A stretch of 64,000 bases of DNA from Octopus vulgaris (lineage: Eukaryota). Shown here in pieces: positions 1 through 11,687 of this stretch (its first letter is position 1; every line of letters begins with the position of its first letter). Made by a program: the position numbers and the translations under genes. A model generated the notes under the pieces. It searched no databases. It saw only the letters and a list, made by a program, of their open reading frames with translations, and was not told the origin of the DNA. The DNA lies in the NCBI GenBank assembly GCA_951406725.2, contig OX597821.1, positions 6,200,001-6,264,000 on the forward strand, in the 5' to 3' direction.

Positions 1-352
1 CCTTTAGTTGAGCAAATTGACTCCAGCACTTATTATTTGTAAGCCTAGTACTTATTCTATCGGTCTCTTTTTGCCGAACTGCTAAGTTACAGGCACATAA
101 GCACACCAGCATCATTTGTCAAGCGATGTTGGGGGGATAAACACAGACACAAAAACACACATATATATATACATATATATATGTATATATGATTGGCTTC
201 TTTTCAGTTTCCGTCTACCAAATCCACTCACAAGGCTTTGGCTGGCCCGAGGCTATAGTAGAAGACATTTGCCCAAGGTGCCACGCAGTGGGACTGAACC
301 AGGAGCCATGTGGTTGGTAAGCAAGCTACTTACCACACAGCCACTCCTGCAC
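1..352 (-). mobile_element. tRNA-derived SINE, family A
   Basis: Head GGAGTGGCTGTGTGGTAAG (A-box-like) and GGTTCAGTCCC (B-box-like), internal (TA)n/(TG)n, tail GAAACAAGTAAAAGAG in full copies; more than 10 copies in the window. Confidence 0.88.
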
Positions 353-626
353 TCTTGATGATTTGTTTCCATTGAAAAAAATGTAGTTTCTTTGACATCT
401 GCCATTTACAGAATTGACACATATATGACTACATGGGGAAAATCAAAGGTAAAATTTGAAATGTAACTTTCACAGGTGCATTATTTTCAGGACAGGTGTA
501 TCTAGGACATTATCCAATATCTATCTTTTCTTTTTAGATAGTGAGGTGTGATTGAGAAGGGATTTGGCTACTATTTCTTGCTCCCATATTGGTTTGACTA
601 AATTATTATTAAATTTTACTCTATAG

Positions 627-729
627 GAGTTGGTGAAACACTCCTGTTGCAGGCGAAATCCTTCATCAGTCGATTCCTTGATAAACGCATACTTGATGCT
701 TGTGAAGAAGCAATATGTTATCTAACCAG
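627..729 (+). CDS. TTC37: TTC37 exon 1 (in window)
   Basis: tatag|GA...AG|gtaaac; (G)VGETLLLQAKSFISRFLDKRILDACEEAICYLT(R). Confidence 0.9.
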
Positions 730-1501
730 GTAAACAATTTTTTTGTTTTTTATCTTTTTTTTATGTATTGTGCTCTCTCTCTCTCTTTCTCTCTACCATT
801 ATTATCCTCCTCCTCCTCCTCCTCCTTTGTAATGTCTGTTATCCATGCTGGCATGGGTTGGACAGTTTGACCAGAGCTGGCAAGCACGAGAGCTGCACTA
901 AGTTCCAATCTGATTTGGTTTGGTTTCTACAGCTGGATACCCTTCCTAATGACCCTCCCCCCATACACACACGTGATTTCATTCAATCTACAACCAATCA
1001 AAACTTGAACCTTTATCTTAAAAACCTATATATATAAAGCAATTTCAGCTTAAAACAGTTCAAGCTCTCACCTACAAAACCAGTAACGAAGAATCCTCCT
1101 TCAGACACTATGAAAGAAATTGTAAAAAATACTTTTTCCTTTCTTCTCCTTTCTTTCCTTACTCTTGTAAAGACTTCATTGTATCTAATTGCTAATTTAA
1201 CTTTCAGTCATGTATGATTGTTACGAAATTCATTGAAACTTATTGAATAGACCAAATGTGTATGAACCGTCGGTCTTTTAAGAATGTTTTTCTGAATTTT
1301 CCCTTGTACCTTCAATCTCTCCTAAACTTTTTTATTTACCATTGAAAAACAATTGTTGAAACCGGTTTAGTATTTTGATAAATTTGTTACTAAATTTTAA
1401 AACTACAACATGTTTAAAACTCAGGTGCATTTTCAACCCCACAAAACCAACTCTTATATATTCTTTCCTGCAAGGGAATACACTTCTTTTCTTTCTCTCT
1501 C

Positions 1502-1539
<38 letters not shown>

Positions 1540-2314
1540 ATTCAAACATGAAGACACAAAGAGAAAACACAACATTGTGAGGATGTGGAGAACAAGTATA
1601 GTGTTATTGGACGCTCAGGAAAGGAAAGAATGAAGGAGGATTTAACGTTTCGAGCAGAGCTCTTTGTCAGAAACATAGAAAAAGGAAAGATCCAAGGAAG
1701 GGAAGACGGAGGAAAAAAATCACCAATGATACACACGCGGTCACACAAATATATATATATATTCTGCCGTAAACATTAATTCCAAATCTGAGGTACTTCA
1801 GTTTAAAAATCAATGTTTGCCTAATTAAAAATAGTTAAAGACCACCATCACAACCACCACACCTCCATCACCATCACCAACAACAACACTTGATTGTCTC
1901 TTGTGTCTTTAGCAGTGGGAACTATTCTTTTTCCAAAAGGTTCTGCATCAGGTTTTGAATACTTCCTTTCCTTTTCTAGTCAAGCCATTGTATAAAGAGG
2001 CTAGTGCAGTTAAGGGTTATTTTGACTCAGAGGCCTTGCATTTCTCTGTCCTGCTTAGCCATAACAAACAATATAAAGTGTACAATTAAGGGTTATCTCA
2101 GCCGCAGAAGTTCTGTCCAAAGTTATAGGCATTGGCCCATCTCATCTTAGTAAGCTATAATAAAAAAAATATACAAAGAGGCCAGCACTGTTCAGCTAAG
2201 ACTTACTTCATACTCTGAGTGTATTAAGAAGGACATTATACCATAATAGTGTTATATCTACAATATATTGTATTGCTCTCTCTCTCAGTGTTGTCATCTT
2301 TGTTTCTATTACAG

Positions 2315-2407
2315 AGCAGCTAGTCAACGTCCTGATTTATCTTGTATCTGGAAGATGTTAGGTGATGCCTGTACGATATTGAATGTTGTTGATATAAATA
2401 ATTTTAG
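2315..2407 (+). CDS. TTC37: TTC37 exon 2
   Basis: tacag|A...AG|gtgagt; AASQRPDLSCIWKMLGDACTILNVVDINNF, cf. human ADVSCLWKLAGDAC. Confidence 0.93.
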
Positions 2408-2644
2408 GTGAGTAAGTTTATTTTTTAATACAAGTACTAATTTGCTTAGTTGCATGCCTCCTTTCCCACTTCAGACCTCATATTTGTGCAACACAGCAAT
2501 GCTCCATTCAATTCTGTTTATGATTAGAGCTTCCATACTCCCTCATCTATTACCTTCTCAGAGTACTTCTTTTACTTCTTTCACTGTCACTCACTATTGA
2601 CCTCCAGCACTTTCTTATCACCCACCATACTCTTTCTCTCTCTT

Positions 2645-2995
2645 TCCCTCAAAATTTCGGGCCTTGTGCCTAGAGTAGAATAGAAAATTGAAATTGTTGT
2701 CCGCCAAGGTCGACCTTGCCTTTCATCCTTTCAGGGTCAATAAATTGAGTACCAGTTGTGTATTGGGGTCGATCTAATCAACTGCCCTCCTCCCCCAAAA
2801 AATTTTGGGCCTTGTGCCCAGAGTAGAGAAGAAAATTGAAATTGTTGTCCTCCAAGGTCGACCTTGTCTTTCATCCTTTTGGGGTTGATAAATTGAGTAC
2901 CAAGTGCATGCTGGGGTTGATCTAATCGACCGGTCCCCCTTCTCCTAAAATTTTGGGCCTTGTGCCTAGAGTAGAAAAGAAAATTGAAATTGTTA
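2645..2995 (+). repeat. ~149 bp tandem repeat (~2.4 units) built from the 3' half of SINE B
   Basis: GGGCCTTGTGCC-AGAGTAGA..GAAAATTGAAATTGTT recurs three times. Confidence 0.85.
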
Positions 2996-3034
2996 TTTAC
3001 ATTTTTATAATTTGATGTTTTTTTTATTTTTCAG

Positions 3035-3133
3035 AAAATTGATGGTCCCTTGTAAACTGACAACAGCAAATGCACCTAATCCAGAAAGTAAAATATCTTT
3101 ACATAAAATTAGTATCATGGAACTGGGATCAAA
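3035..3133 (+). CDS. TTC37: TTC37 exon 3
   Basis: ttcag|A...AA|gtaaga; KLMVPCKLTTANAPNPESKISLHKISIMELGS; phase 2/2 fits both neighbours. Confidence 0.85.
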
Positions 3134-3214
3134 GTAAGAGTTTTACAAATACATTTATTTTTCTCTGTGCCTATTCTTTTTCTCATTTTCACTTTCAAAA
3201 CTATGGTATGGACC

Positions 3215-3742
3215 CCTCAGTCTCTCTCTCTCTCACTCCCTTTCTCCTCTCTCTCATTCCCTCTTTCCTCTCTCTCATTCTCTCTCTCACTCCCTCTCTT
3301 CTCTCTCTCACTCCCTCTTTTCTCTCTCTCACTCCCTCTCCTCTCTCTCACTCCTTTCCTCTCACTCCTTTCCTCTCTCCTCTTTCTCACTCCCTCTCTC
3401 CTTCTCTCTCATTCCCTCTTTCCTCTCTCTCATTCTCTCTCTTCTCTCTCTCACTCCCTCTTTTCTCTCTCTCACTCCCTCACTCCTCTCTCTCACTCCT
3501 TTCCTCTCTCCTCTTTCTCACTCCCTCTCTCCTTCTCTCTCACTCCCTTTCTCCTCTCTCCTTCTCTCTCTCATTCTCCCTCTCCTCTCTCTCACTCCCT
3601 CTTTTCTCTTTCACTCCCTCTCTCCTCTCTCTCTCATTCCCTCTTCTCTCTCTCATCTCTCTCTTACTCCTCTCTCTCTCATTCCTTCTCTCCTCTCTCT
3701 CTCACTCCTTCTCCCCTTCTCCCTCTCACCCCTCTCTCTCCT
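3215..3742. repeat. (CT)-rich polypyrimidine low-complexity tract
   Basis: Almost purely C/T with sparse A. Confidence 0.95.
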
Positions 3743-4196
3743 ACTTTCCATCCAGGAAAGCCACATATTCATCTCTTCAGCAAGACACTTGCTCCTGTCT
3801 CACAATCATATTTTCACATTCTTCAATACTATATCCCACTTGCTTGATGGGGTTTGCCTTGCTACTCCCTGGTGACCTCACTAGTGCTGGTGCCATGAAA
3901 AATATGCAATCTATAAAGTAGTTGGTGTTAGGAAGGGCATCCAGTTGTAGAAATCATGCCAAAGCAGACATTGAGGCTTGATACACCCTTCTGGCTCATT
4001 GGTTCCTGTGGAACTGTCCAGCACATGCCAGCTTGGAAGAAGGAACATTAAATGATGATGATGGCATATGTATTTGTATAAGGTGTTTTGGGTCAGTTTT
4101 CGTCTATATAACAATAAATGAAATGGCTTTTAACAAAGGACAATTAAATTGTTTTGAAAATTTTGATAATGTCAGATATATTTTCATAAAATTTCT

Positions 4197-4600
4197 TGGC
4201 TGTGTGGTAAGTAGCTTGCTTACAAACCACATGGTTCCGGGTTCAGTCCCACTGCGTGGCACCTTGGGCAAGTGTCTTCTACTATAGCCTTGGGCCGACC
4301 AAAGCCTTGTGAGTGGATTTGGTAGATGGAACCTGAAAGAAGTTCGTCGTATATATGTATATATATATATATGTATGTGTGTGTATATGTTTGTGTGTCT
4401 GTGTTTATCCCCCCAACATCGCTTGATAACTGATGCTGTTGTGTTTATGTCCCCATAACTTAGTGGTTCGGCAAAAGAGACTGATAGAATAAGTACTAGG
4501 CTTACAAAGAATAAGTCCTGCGGTTGATTTGCTCGACTAAAGGCGGTGCTCCAGCATGGCCACAGTCACATGACTGAAACAAGTAAGAGTAAAAGAGTAA
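4197..4600 (+). mobile_element. SINE family A
   Basis: Near-complete copy of the same family. Confidence 0.88.
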
Positions 4601-4964
4601 TCGTTAACCTAAAACTGAAAGTAAGTAGACATGAGAAGGAATTCTTGGAATTCAAATTTAATCAAATGAAACTTTAATAAGAATTTGTGTATTTAAACAA
4701 TTTCAATGCAGTTTAGTTTTAGTATTTTTTTGCAAAATCATAATTCTTTTGAATTATTACCTTCAGTTTTTGAACTGGCAAGAGTCACTAGGGCATCAAG
4801 AAGAAATGCTTTGCAAAAGTTCTTCCAAGTCTTTACATTCTGAGTTCAAATTCCACCAAGGTCAATTTTACCTGTAACAATTTTGCATTGAGCTTACTTT
4901 GTCAAATATAATTATTTATTGAATTAATTGTGCATTATCTCGTAGCTTTGCAATTTTGATGAAG

Positions 4965-4995
<31 letters not shown>

Positions 4996-6414
4996 TTAAC
5001 ATCCGCTTTCCATGCTGACATGGGTTGGACGATTTGACTGAGGTCTGGCGAACCAGATAGCTGCATCAGACTCCAATCTGATCTAGCAGAGTTTCTACAG
5101 CTGGATGCCCTTCCTAATGCCAACCACTCCAAGAGTGTGGTGGGTGCTTTTACGTGCCACTGGCACGAAGGCTCAAATGGTGCTTTTTACGTGCCACCTG
5201 CACAGGAGCGAGTCCAGCGGCACTGGCAATGATCTCGCTCAAATGTTTTTCCATGTGCCACCAGCACAAGTGCCAGTAAGGCGACGCAGGTAATGATCAC
5301 GTGTTGTATATTTTTAGAATGACATTGAAGGGTAGGTGTAATAGGCTGGATTTGGCAAGTTTCAGCATAAATCAAGTAGACTATCTGGACTGGATATGGC
5401 TGGTTTAAATGCTAAAGGTTTAATCTCTCTAGAGCTGATAAAATAAAGTACCTGTCAAGTGCTAACATCAATGTGATTGTTTAACCTCCTCCCTTCAGAA
5501 ATAGCTGGCTTTGTGCGTAAATTAGAAACAATTATCATCTGAGTCATATGGAAGTAAGCTGGCGGGAGTGCTTGAAAAGGTACCTTGCTGTATTTGTTTT
5601 GGATGTTTACATTCTAAATTCATATCCATCAACGTCATCTTTACCTTTTATCTCTCTCTGAGATTGATAGAATAAAATACCATTCTGATACTGGGGTCGA
5701 TGTAGTCCACTATACTGTCTCCCCTTAAAAACTGTTAGCCCTAATAGAGGGTGTGAAAGTCTTCAAAATACATCATCTGATATAGCCTGGTGTTTTAATG
5801 TGATAATATTAGTCAGCAAAGCCTACCCTACATTGAGCAACAATAGTAGAAATGGATAGAATGTGTCCACATATCTCCTCTTTGGTCTTGTGCTCATTCT
5901 ATGAAATGTTTTGCACCGTCATGAGAAACCTGGTGTATGTAGCATCAAGGTGAACATGAAGTTCCTTCCTAATTCAGGTTTCATTTCCCATAGAGAAGAA
6001 TTCTCTCTGCATAGTTGACTTTGAAATAATACTTGTCTACCAGATGTTTTGAAACTTGTCTACTCAGCTGGCAAAAATGAGTTGTACCTGTATTTCAAAG
6101 GGCTGGCTTTGTCATGTTCTGGGTCAGTCTGAGAACCACGTTAAGGGTACCTGTGTCTGTGGAGTGCTCAACCACTTGCACGTTAATTTCGTGAGCAGGC
6201 TGTTCCATTAATTGGATCAACCAAAACCTACATTGTCATAACTGACAAAGTGTTAGTTTTGAAGCTCATTATAGATATTCTAGGCCTGTCTCTCTCCGAA
6301 AGTCTTTCTTACTATCAGCAATGCCTGCATTATAGGGATTTACCTTCTGTTAATTAACCACACCAGAATTGTCATTATATCAAAAATAATTAATCTCCTT
6401 CTTCCTTTTTGCAG

Positions 6415-6653
6415 ATGTTATGGCAAAGCAATAAAATGTTTCCCAGAATGTTCTTCGTTGTGGCATGACCTTGGCGTCAGCTTCATGTACCAGACAAAGG
6501 AAATTGAAGCCATGTATTTGAGGAAGGGTCAGCACAAATCCATGGAAGTCGAGAGAAAGGCCCAGAAAGCTATTGAGATCTTAAAGCAAGCTGTGACTCT
6601 TGATCCTCAGAATTTCCAACACTGGAATGCCCTTGGTGTGGCAGCTTGTACAG
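6415..6653 (+). CDS. TTC37: TTC37 exon 4 (TPR repeats)
   Basis: tgcag|A...G|gtacac; CYGKAIKCFPECSSLWHDLGVSF...LKQAVTLDPQNFQHWNALGVAACT. Confidence 0.95.
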
Positions 6654-7454
6654 GTACACAGACCTTGGATTGTTGGTGAAAGGAGATAGGTGTGAGGTAT
6701 GAAAGGGATGTGTGGTGATGGTGTTATGTTGGAAGTGGAATAATGCTGCCAGATGGCAGAACCATTAGCAATGCTGGACAAAATGCTGCTTAGCATTTTG
6801 TCCATATTGATGTTCTGAGTTCAAATTCTGATGTTCTGAGGTCAAATTCAACTTCATCTTTTTATCTTTTTGGGCCTGATGAAATAAATACCAGTTGAAT
6901 ACTGGGGTTGGTGCAATTGACTTACCTTTCCTTTGAAACTACTGGTCTTGTCCCAGAATTTGAAACCATATTTTTGAAGTGGAATAAGGATGCAAGCTGG
7001 CAGAATCATTAACATGCTGGACTGAATGCTTAGCAGCATTGTTTCTGGCTTTACATTCTGAGTTCAAATTCCATTGAGGTTGGCTTTGTCTTTTATCTTT
7101 TTGGGAGTCGATAACATAAGTACCAGCTAAATACTGGAATTGAGGCAATCAAGTAACCCTGGCTCTAAAATTTCAGGAAGAATTATTTTGGAAGTGAATA
7201 TAATGTTGATGGTTGCTGAGGTGGCAACATTGGCAACTATCATTATCAGACAATTGGCTGAAGTATTAAGACACCAGACAAAATGTGCTGACTAGGCATA
7301 TCTTCCTGTGGTCTGCTATATCCAAGAGTTAACAGGCCCTGATGATGTGGGATTATCGTCTCTCCAGATTTGCTGAAAAGGCTGTAGTTCATCCATAGAG
7401 CTAACTGCAAATGAATATGTGTTTGTGTGTGTGTGTGTGTAGAGAGAGAGAGAT

Positions 7455-7711
7455 GTGGTTCTCAATCAGGGTCCATTTGGCCCTTGGGGACCCATATAAG
7501 GTTTTGTTAAAATGTATGTGCAATAAACTTGTTATACTTCTACTGTACACAAAATGTTTAAAGAATATTTAAAATTGTTGACACAAATCCTAAAAATATT
7601 TAATCATAAAAATATAGGAGGTTTTAGATATCAAATGGCTTTGAGGGTCTCACCCACTGAGTAGAATAGGAATGAAAGGAGTCCATAGGCAAAGAATGGT
7701 TGAGAACCACT
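7455..7711. mobile_element. hAT-like MITE
   Basis: Terminal inverted repeats GTGGTTCTCAA / TTGAGAACCAC; related copy at 15466-16210. Confidence 0.7.
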
Positions 7712-7817
7712 CACCTAGAGTATGAAAGAAATAGCTAGCAGAGTGCTACCGTTAACCAATTATTTCAAATTATTTCATGTTTTTCAAATGTGGACTTTTC
7801 TTCTGTTTCTTCTTCAG

Positions 7818-7882
7818 AAGTAGTATTCAACCCAAAGTTGGCCCAGCATTGTTTTTCCAAGGCCATTCAGCTAGACAGCAAC
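7818..7882 (+). CDS. TTC37: TTC37 exon 5
   Basis: ttcag|AA...AAC|gtaagt; VVFNPKLAQHCFSKAIQLDSN. Confidence 0.94.
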
Positions 7883-8133
7883 GTAAGTATTCATTTAATC
7901 TTTTATACTGGTTTCAGTCAGTCGACTATGGCCATGCTGGGGCCCTCTCTTCAACTGTTTTAATCAGTTACACTGATTAAAGAAGTTAGTTTGCATGTTG
8001 TTTAACTGACTCAGGAAGAAAGGTGAAGTTGTCCAAGCATTGAAGGACATAATTAATCAGAGGTGTACTAATTAATTAATTTCAATTTTACAAAGCTTTG
8101 TGCACTGTTTGCTGTTCTAATATTTGAACAAAT

Positions 8134-8348
8134 GAAAGCAGTAAGCTGACAGAAATGTTAGCACGTTGGGTGAAATGCTTAGCGGTATTTCATCTGTCTT
8201 TATGTTCTGAGTTCAAATTCTGCCAAGGTCAACTTTGTCTTTCATCCTTTTGGGGTCAATAAATTAAGTACCAGTTGAGTACTGGGGTGGATCTAATTGA
8301 CTGGCTCCCTCCCCAGAAATTTTGGGCCTTGTGCCTAGAGTAGAAAAG
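8134..8348 (+). mobile_element. SINE family B with 15 bp TSD
   Basis: Family head GAGCTGGCAGAA...GAGTTCAAATTC, core CTTTGCCTTTCATCCTTT-GGGGTC-ATAAATTAAGTACCAG; TSD AATATTTGAACAAAT at 8119-8133 and 8349-8363. Many other copies, e.g. ~6750-7175, 20550-20750, 24180-24480, 32310-32520, 39210-39620, 54363-54575, 59513-59725, 61495-61695. Confidence 0.88.
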
Positions 8349-8796
8349 AATATTTGAACAAATACTCATGGCTATAAGTGATAACTCAATATCTATTGCT
8401 GATGACATGCAACCATGCAGAAATGCATGCATCTTATGGTCTGATGACATAATTCAGAGCTCATTTGTGTGTTTTTCACATATATTGTTTAAAAAAAATT
8501 TTTTTCTCTGAAGCCAGTTTCTGCCGCAGTCTTTTCATTAAATTTAATTTTACATATCTATAAAAGGACGTAACCTGGACAGAAGCAAATATCTTGAAAT
8601 ATTCTTGTTCATTGCATCCATTCTGCTATCAGAATCTGCCAACTATTTAAAAAATAATGGAACAAAAGAATTTTCCTAATTAAGAAACTAATATATATAT
8701 TTATAGTAATGTTAAGATAACAAAAGAATGAAAGAGACCTCGATGTTATGTAAATAGAGGAATTTATCTGTAATATAATATATGACAATTTTTCGG

Positions 8797-8871
8797 TTGC
8801 CATAACAAAACTCCAAGTTTCGGATGTCGGAGCAGAAACCTGCACCGGCATCTCTTCAGTTATCGAGGCAA
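8797..8871 (-). ncRNA. Type I hammerhead ribozyme motif (antisense copy)
   Basis: Inverted copy of the above with the same core; differences give G-U wobbles in stem I and an extra pair in stem II (CGG/CCG). Confidence 0.7.
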
Positions 8872-8892
8872 TCAAAATATAGCATACTTTGA

Positions 8893-8968
8893 TTGCCTCA
8901 AATAACTGAAGAGATGCCAGTGCAGGTTTCTGCTCCGACATCCGAAACTTGGAGTTTTATTATGGCAA
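8893..8968 (+). ncRNA. Type I hammerhead ribozyme motif (sense to the TTC37 pre-mRNA)
   Basis: Stem I UUGCC/GGCAA and AAUAA/UUAUU; core CUGAAGA 8906-8912; stem II GAUG..GCAG-GUUU-CUGC..CAUC; GAAA 8944-8947; stem III ACU-UGG-AGU; NUH triplet GUU 8954-8956. Confidence 0.7.
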
Positions 8969-9229
8969 CCGAATAATTGTCACATATTATATGTATAAAA
9001 TGTGTGTGTGTATGTATGTGTGTGTGTGTGTGTGAATGTATGTGTGCATATACCATATTTACTCATGTATGAGTTGGTTGCACTATTTTAATGGGAAAAC
9101 CGGGGTTTGACTTAGACACAAGACAAAATTAAAACTATGAAGGGAAGAAATTTTGTACCAAGATTTAATAATAAATTAGGGTTGTAGCTTATACACAAGT
9201 AATTATACACAAGTAATTACAGTATGTCT

Positions 9230-9284
<55 letters not shown>

Positions 9285-9492
9285 TGCGTGTGTATGTGTG
9301 TGCATGTGAAGGTTTATGTATATATGAAATCTGAAGGAGATTTGGTTGCTATTTTTTGCAAATTGATTGACTATATAGAGGTTTCTTAGTTGGCTTATGC
9401 ATGTGTGTGCATGAGAGAGAGAGAGAGAGAGAATATCATTATATATGTATGTTTATATAAATATTTTTGCATATATAATATTTCTATTATAG

Positions 9493-9549
9493 AATGTTGT
9501 GCCCTGGACAAATTTAGGAGCCCTTTACCTGCGAAATCAAAATCTCCTG
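9493..9549 (+). CDS. TTC37: TTC37 exon 6
   Basis: tatag|AAT...CTG|gtaagt; NVVPWTNLGALYLRNQNLL. Confidence 0.94.
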
Positions 9550-9653
9550 GTAAGTCAACATGTTACAATAAGGAAGGTTTTGACAAGCCAGTTTCCTCCA
9601 TCACAAACATTACACTCCTTGATGAAACCATTTTTTTAGTTCTGTATCACTTA

Positions 9654-10049
9654 CTAGCAGTATCGCCTGGCATTGCTCGGGTTTGTAAGGGAAATAACTA
9701 TATAAGCATTTTTAGAGATGTAAAGTATAATAGCCATCTCAATATGGCTAACCACAAAGGGTGGGTGGTGTTACTGTAGCTTTTTACATTCTGCGATTTA
9801 ATAATAAATTTTTAGAGAGTTACTTCCCTTATATATGCCAAAAATGCATTAAAAATGGGAAAAATTGATGGTAAATTTTTTTTTAAATCATAGACTCATT
9901 GTAGACACGTGCTAATACCCAGAAGGGCTCGATATGAATCACGACTATAAGATACCCGGTGGTTAAACTGTACCACAAAATGTGGGAGTAGTTAGGAATC
10001 TAAATCGTAGGAGACAGACAGCACACAACCTCTCTTTTATATATAAAGA
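9654..10049 (-). mobile_element. Non-autonomous Helitron
   Basis: On - strand: 5' TC(TTTATATATAAAAG), 3' GC-rich hairpin then CTAG, inserted between A and T with no TSD. Confidence 0.85.
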
Positions 10050-11687
10050 TGTTCTGAAATATTTTGTACTGCACTCATGTTGGGCTTTTATGATAATCTG
10101 TAGTAAATTGTTAACATGAGCATTTTTTGGGTTGTTTATTAGATTGAACTATAAATCATTACAGCATTGAGTCTTTGTCAGTGGTGTGGGCTCAGCTCTC
10201 TAGTGTTTGGTCACTGTTAAATCTTCATTCAAGGAAGAATCTTCATGCTAGGAAGAATCTTTAAATCTTCATGCTAGAAAGAATCTTTGGATGTGAAATG
10301 GAAAATCTCAATGCCAAGGACTAACAAGACAAACCCGCTCAAACAAATAAGGTATAGTATTGAAGAATGTGAAAATATGATAGAGGGACAGTAGCAGGTA
10401 CCTTGCTGAAGTGATGAAGTTTGAAGCATTGCGTGAAGGGGACATGACAGTTTTGGTGTGTAAAGGTGTGAAATGCGGGAGGGAAGAGTCATAGTTGGAG
10501 TGTTGGGTGGGGTTATGATGTACCGAAGGAGAGAGATGTGAGGGCTGTCAACATCTCTCTTACTACGTATCAACAACCCTTCACATCTCTACTTTAGTAT
10601 ATTGGTATGACACAGTCTTACTTCAGACTCTTCCTCTTCACATTCTGCTCAATATAAAACCACCATCATCTGCCTCTTGCAGTTTCTCTGATTTCTCCTC
10701 CTCCTCCATCATCACCGTCACTCCTACCATTGTTGTCATGATGATGATAACGATGATGAATTTCATCATCTTTGTTGTCGTCGTCATCATCATTATCAGT
10801 ATCAATGTCATCGTCATTATCACCATCATCATCATTGTTGACGTCAACATCCTCCTCTTCCTCACATGCATCTCTCTTTCATGTGCTGGTATGGGTTGGA
10901 TGGGTTAGTCACAGTTTAAAGTCAGCTGCTATTCAAAGTTACTGCTCTTGCAAGCATTGCTGGTGGACCATTACCTCATTCATTCATTCATTTTTACGCT
11001 GCAAGGATTCAGTTCTCTTTTCTTAATCTGAAGAAATATTCTTTCACACACATGGGTTGGGTGGGGGTTTACCGAACAATCAAGACTGTAACCCACTAAG
11101 TCCAGGCATTCTTGCACCTCCACCCCACAACACAAACAAAATCGAGGTTTCCCTTTACCACCTTTAACCTATCAACTCTGCTGTTTCAAATACAGTTAAT
11201 TTCTTCCTAGAGAATGCTTATAAACCAAAACCTCATTAAGCAGAGCAATACTTTCCCATAGTAGCAATGTTATAAATCATAATTCGTTCTCAGAAAAATG
11301 TTTTACCTATAAAATTTATAATACTTGTAATTAAATGGCAATAAAACAACAGTAGGATGTAAAGAATTGTAAAAAGACTGTCAAGATCATTTATAGTAAA
11401 GAATATTATTATTATAATAGTTTTCTGAATCACTTTTACTTGCACTAGACTTGTGCACACCATCACTAGTAGACATGATCGCCAGTTCACAAACACTCAT
11501 AGAAGGGCATGTAAGTTTCTTTTTAAAACACAAGTCTAGAGCTGTTTGCTTAGAAGAAGCTTTTTTTCATCCTCTGTTAATTTCTCAGTAACATTCAGAA
11601 GCATTTGTTATGGTAGTAGAAACTTTTGTAGTTTGTTCATAATTTGGATCTTGTGCTTGAAAAATTTCAGCTCACCATACAAGAGTG

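Larger units (their letters stand above)
8773..8992. repeat. Near-perfect palindrome, ~108 bp arms with a 3 nt loop
   Basis: 8773-8880 is the reverse complement of 8884-8992 with about 6-7 differences. Confidence 0.95.

Noticed and set aside
116-358. Recurrent short ORFs such as RLWSARGYSRRHLPK and HMVPGSVPLRG seen at many loci
   Set aside because: Incidental translations of SINE family A, not a multigene family.
3070-3921. 283 aa and 226 aa Ser/Leu/Pro-rich ORFs
   Set aside because: Translations of a CT-rich tract; the real exon 3 (3035-3133) is in another frame.
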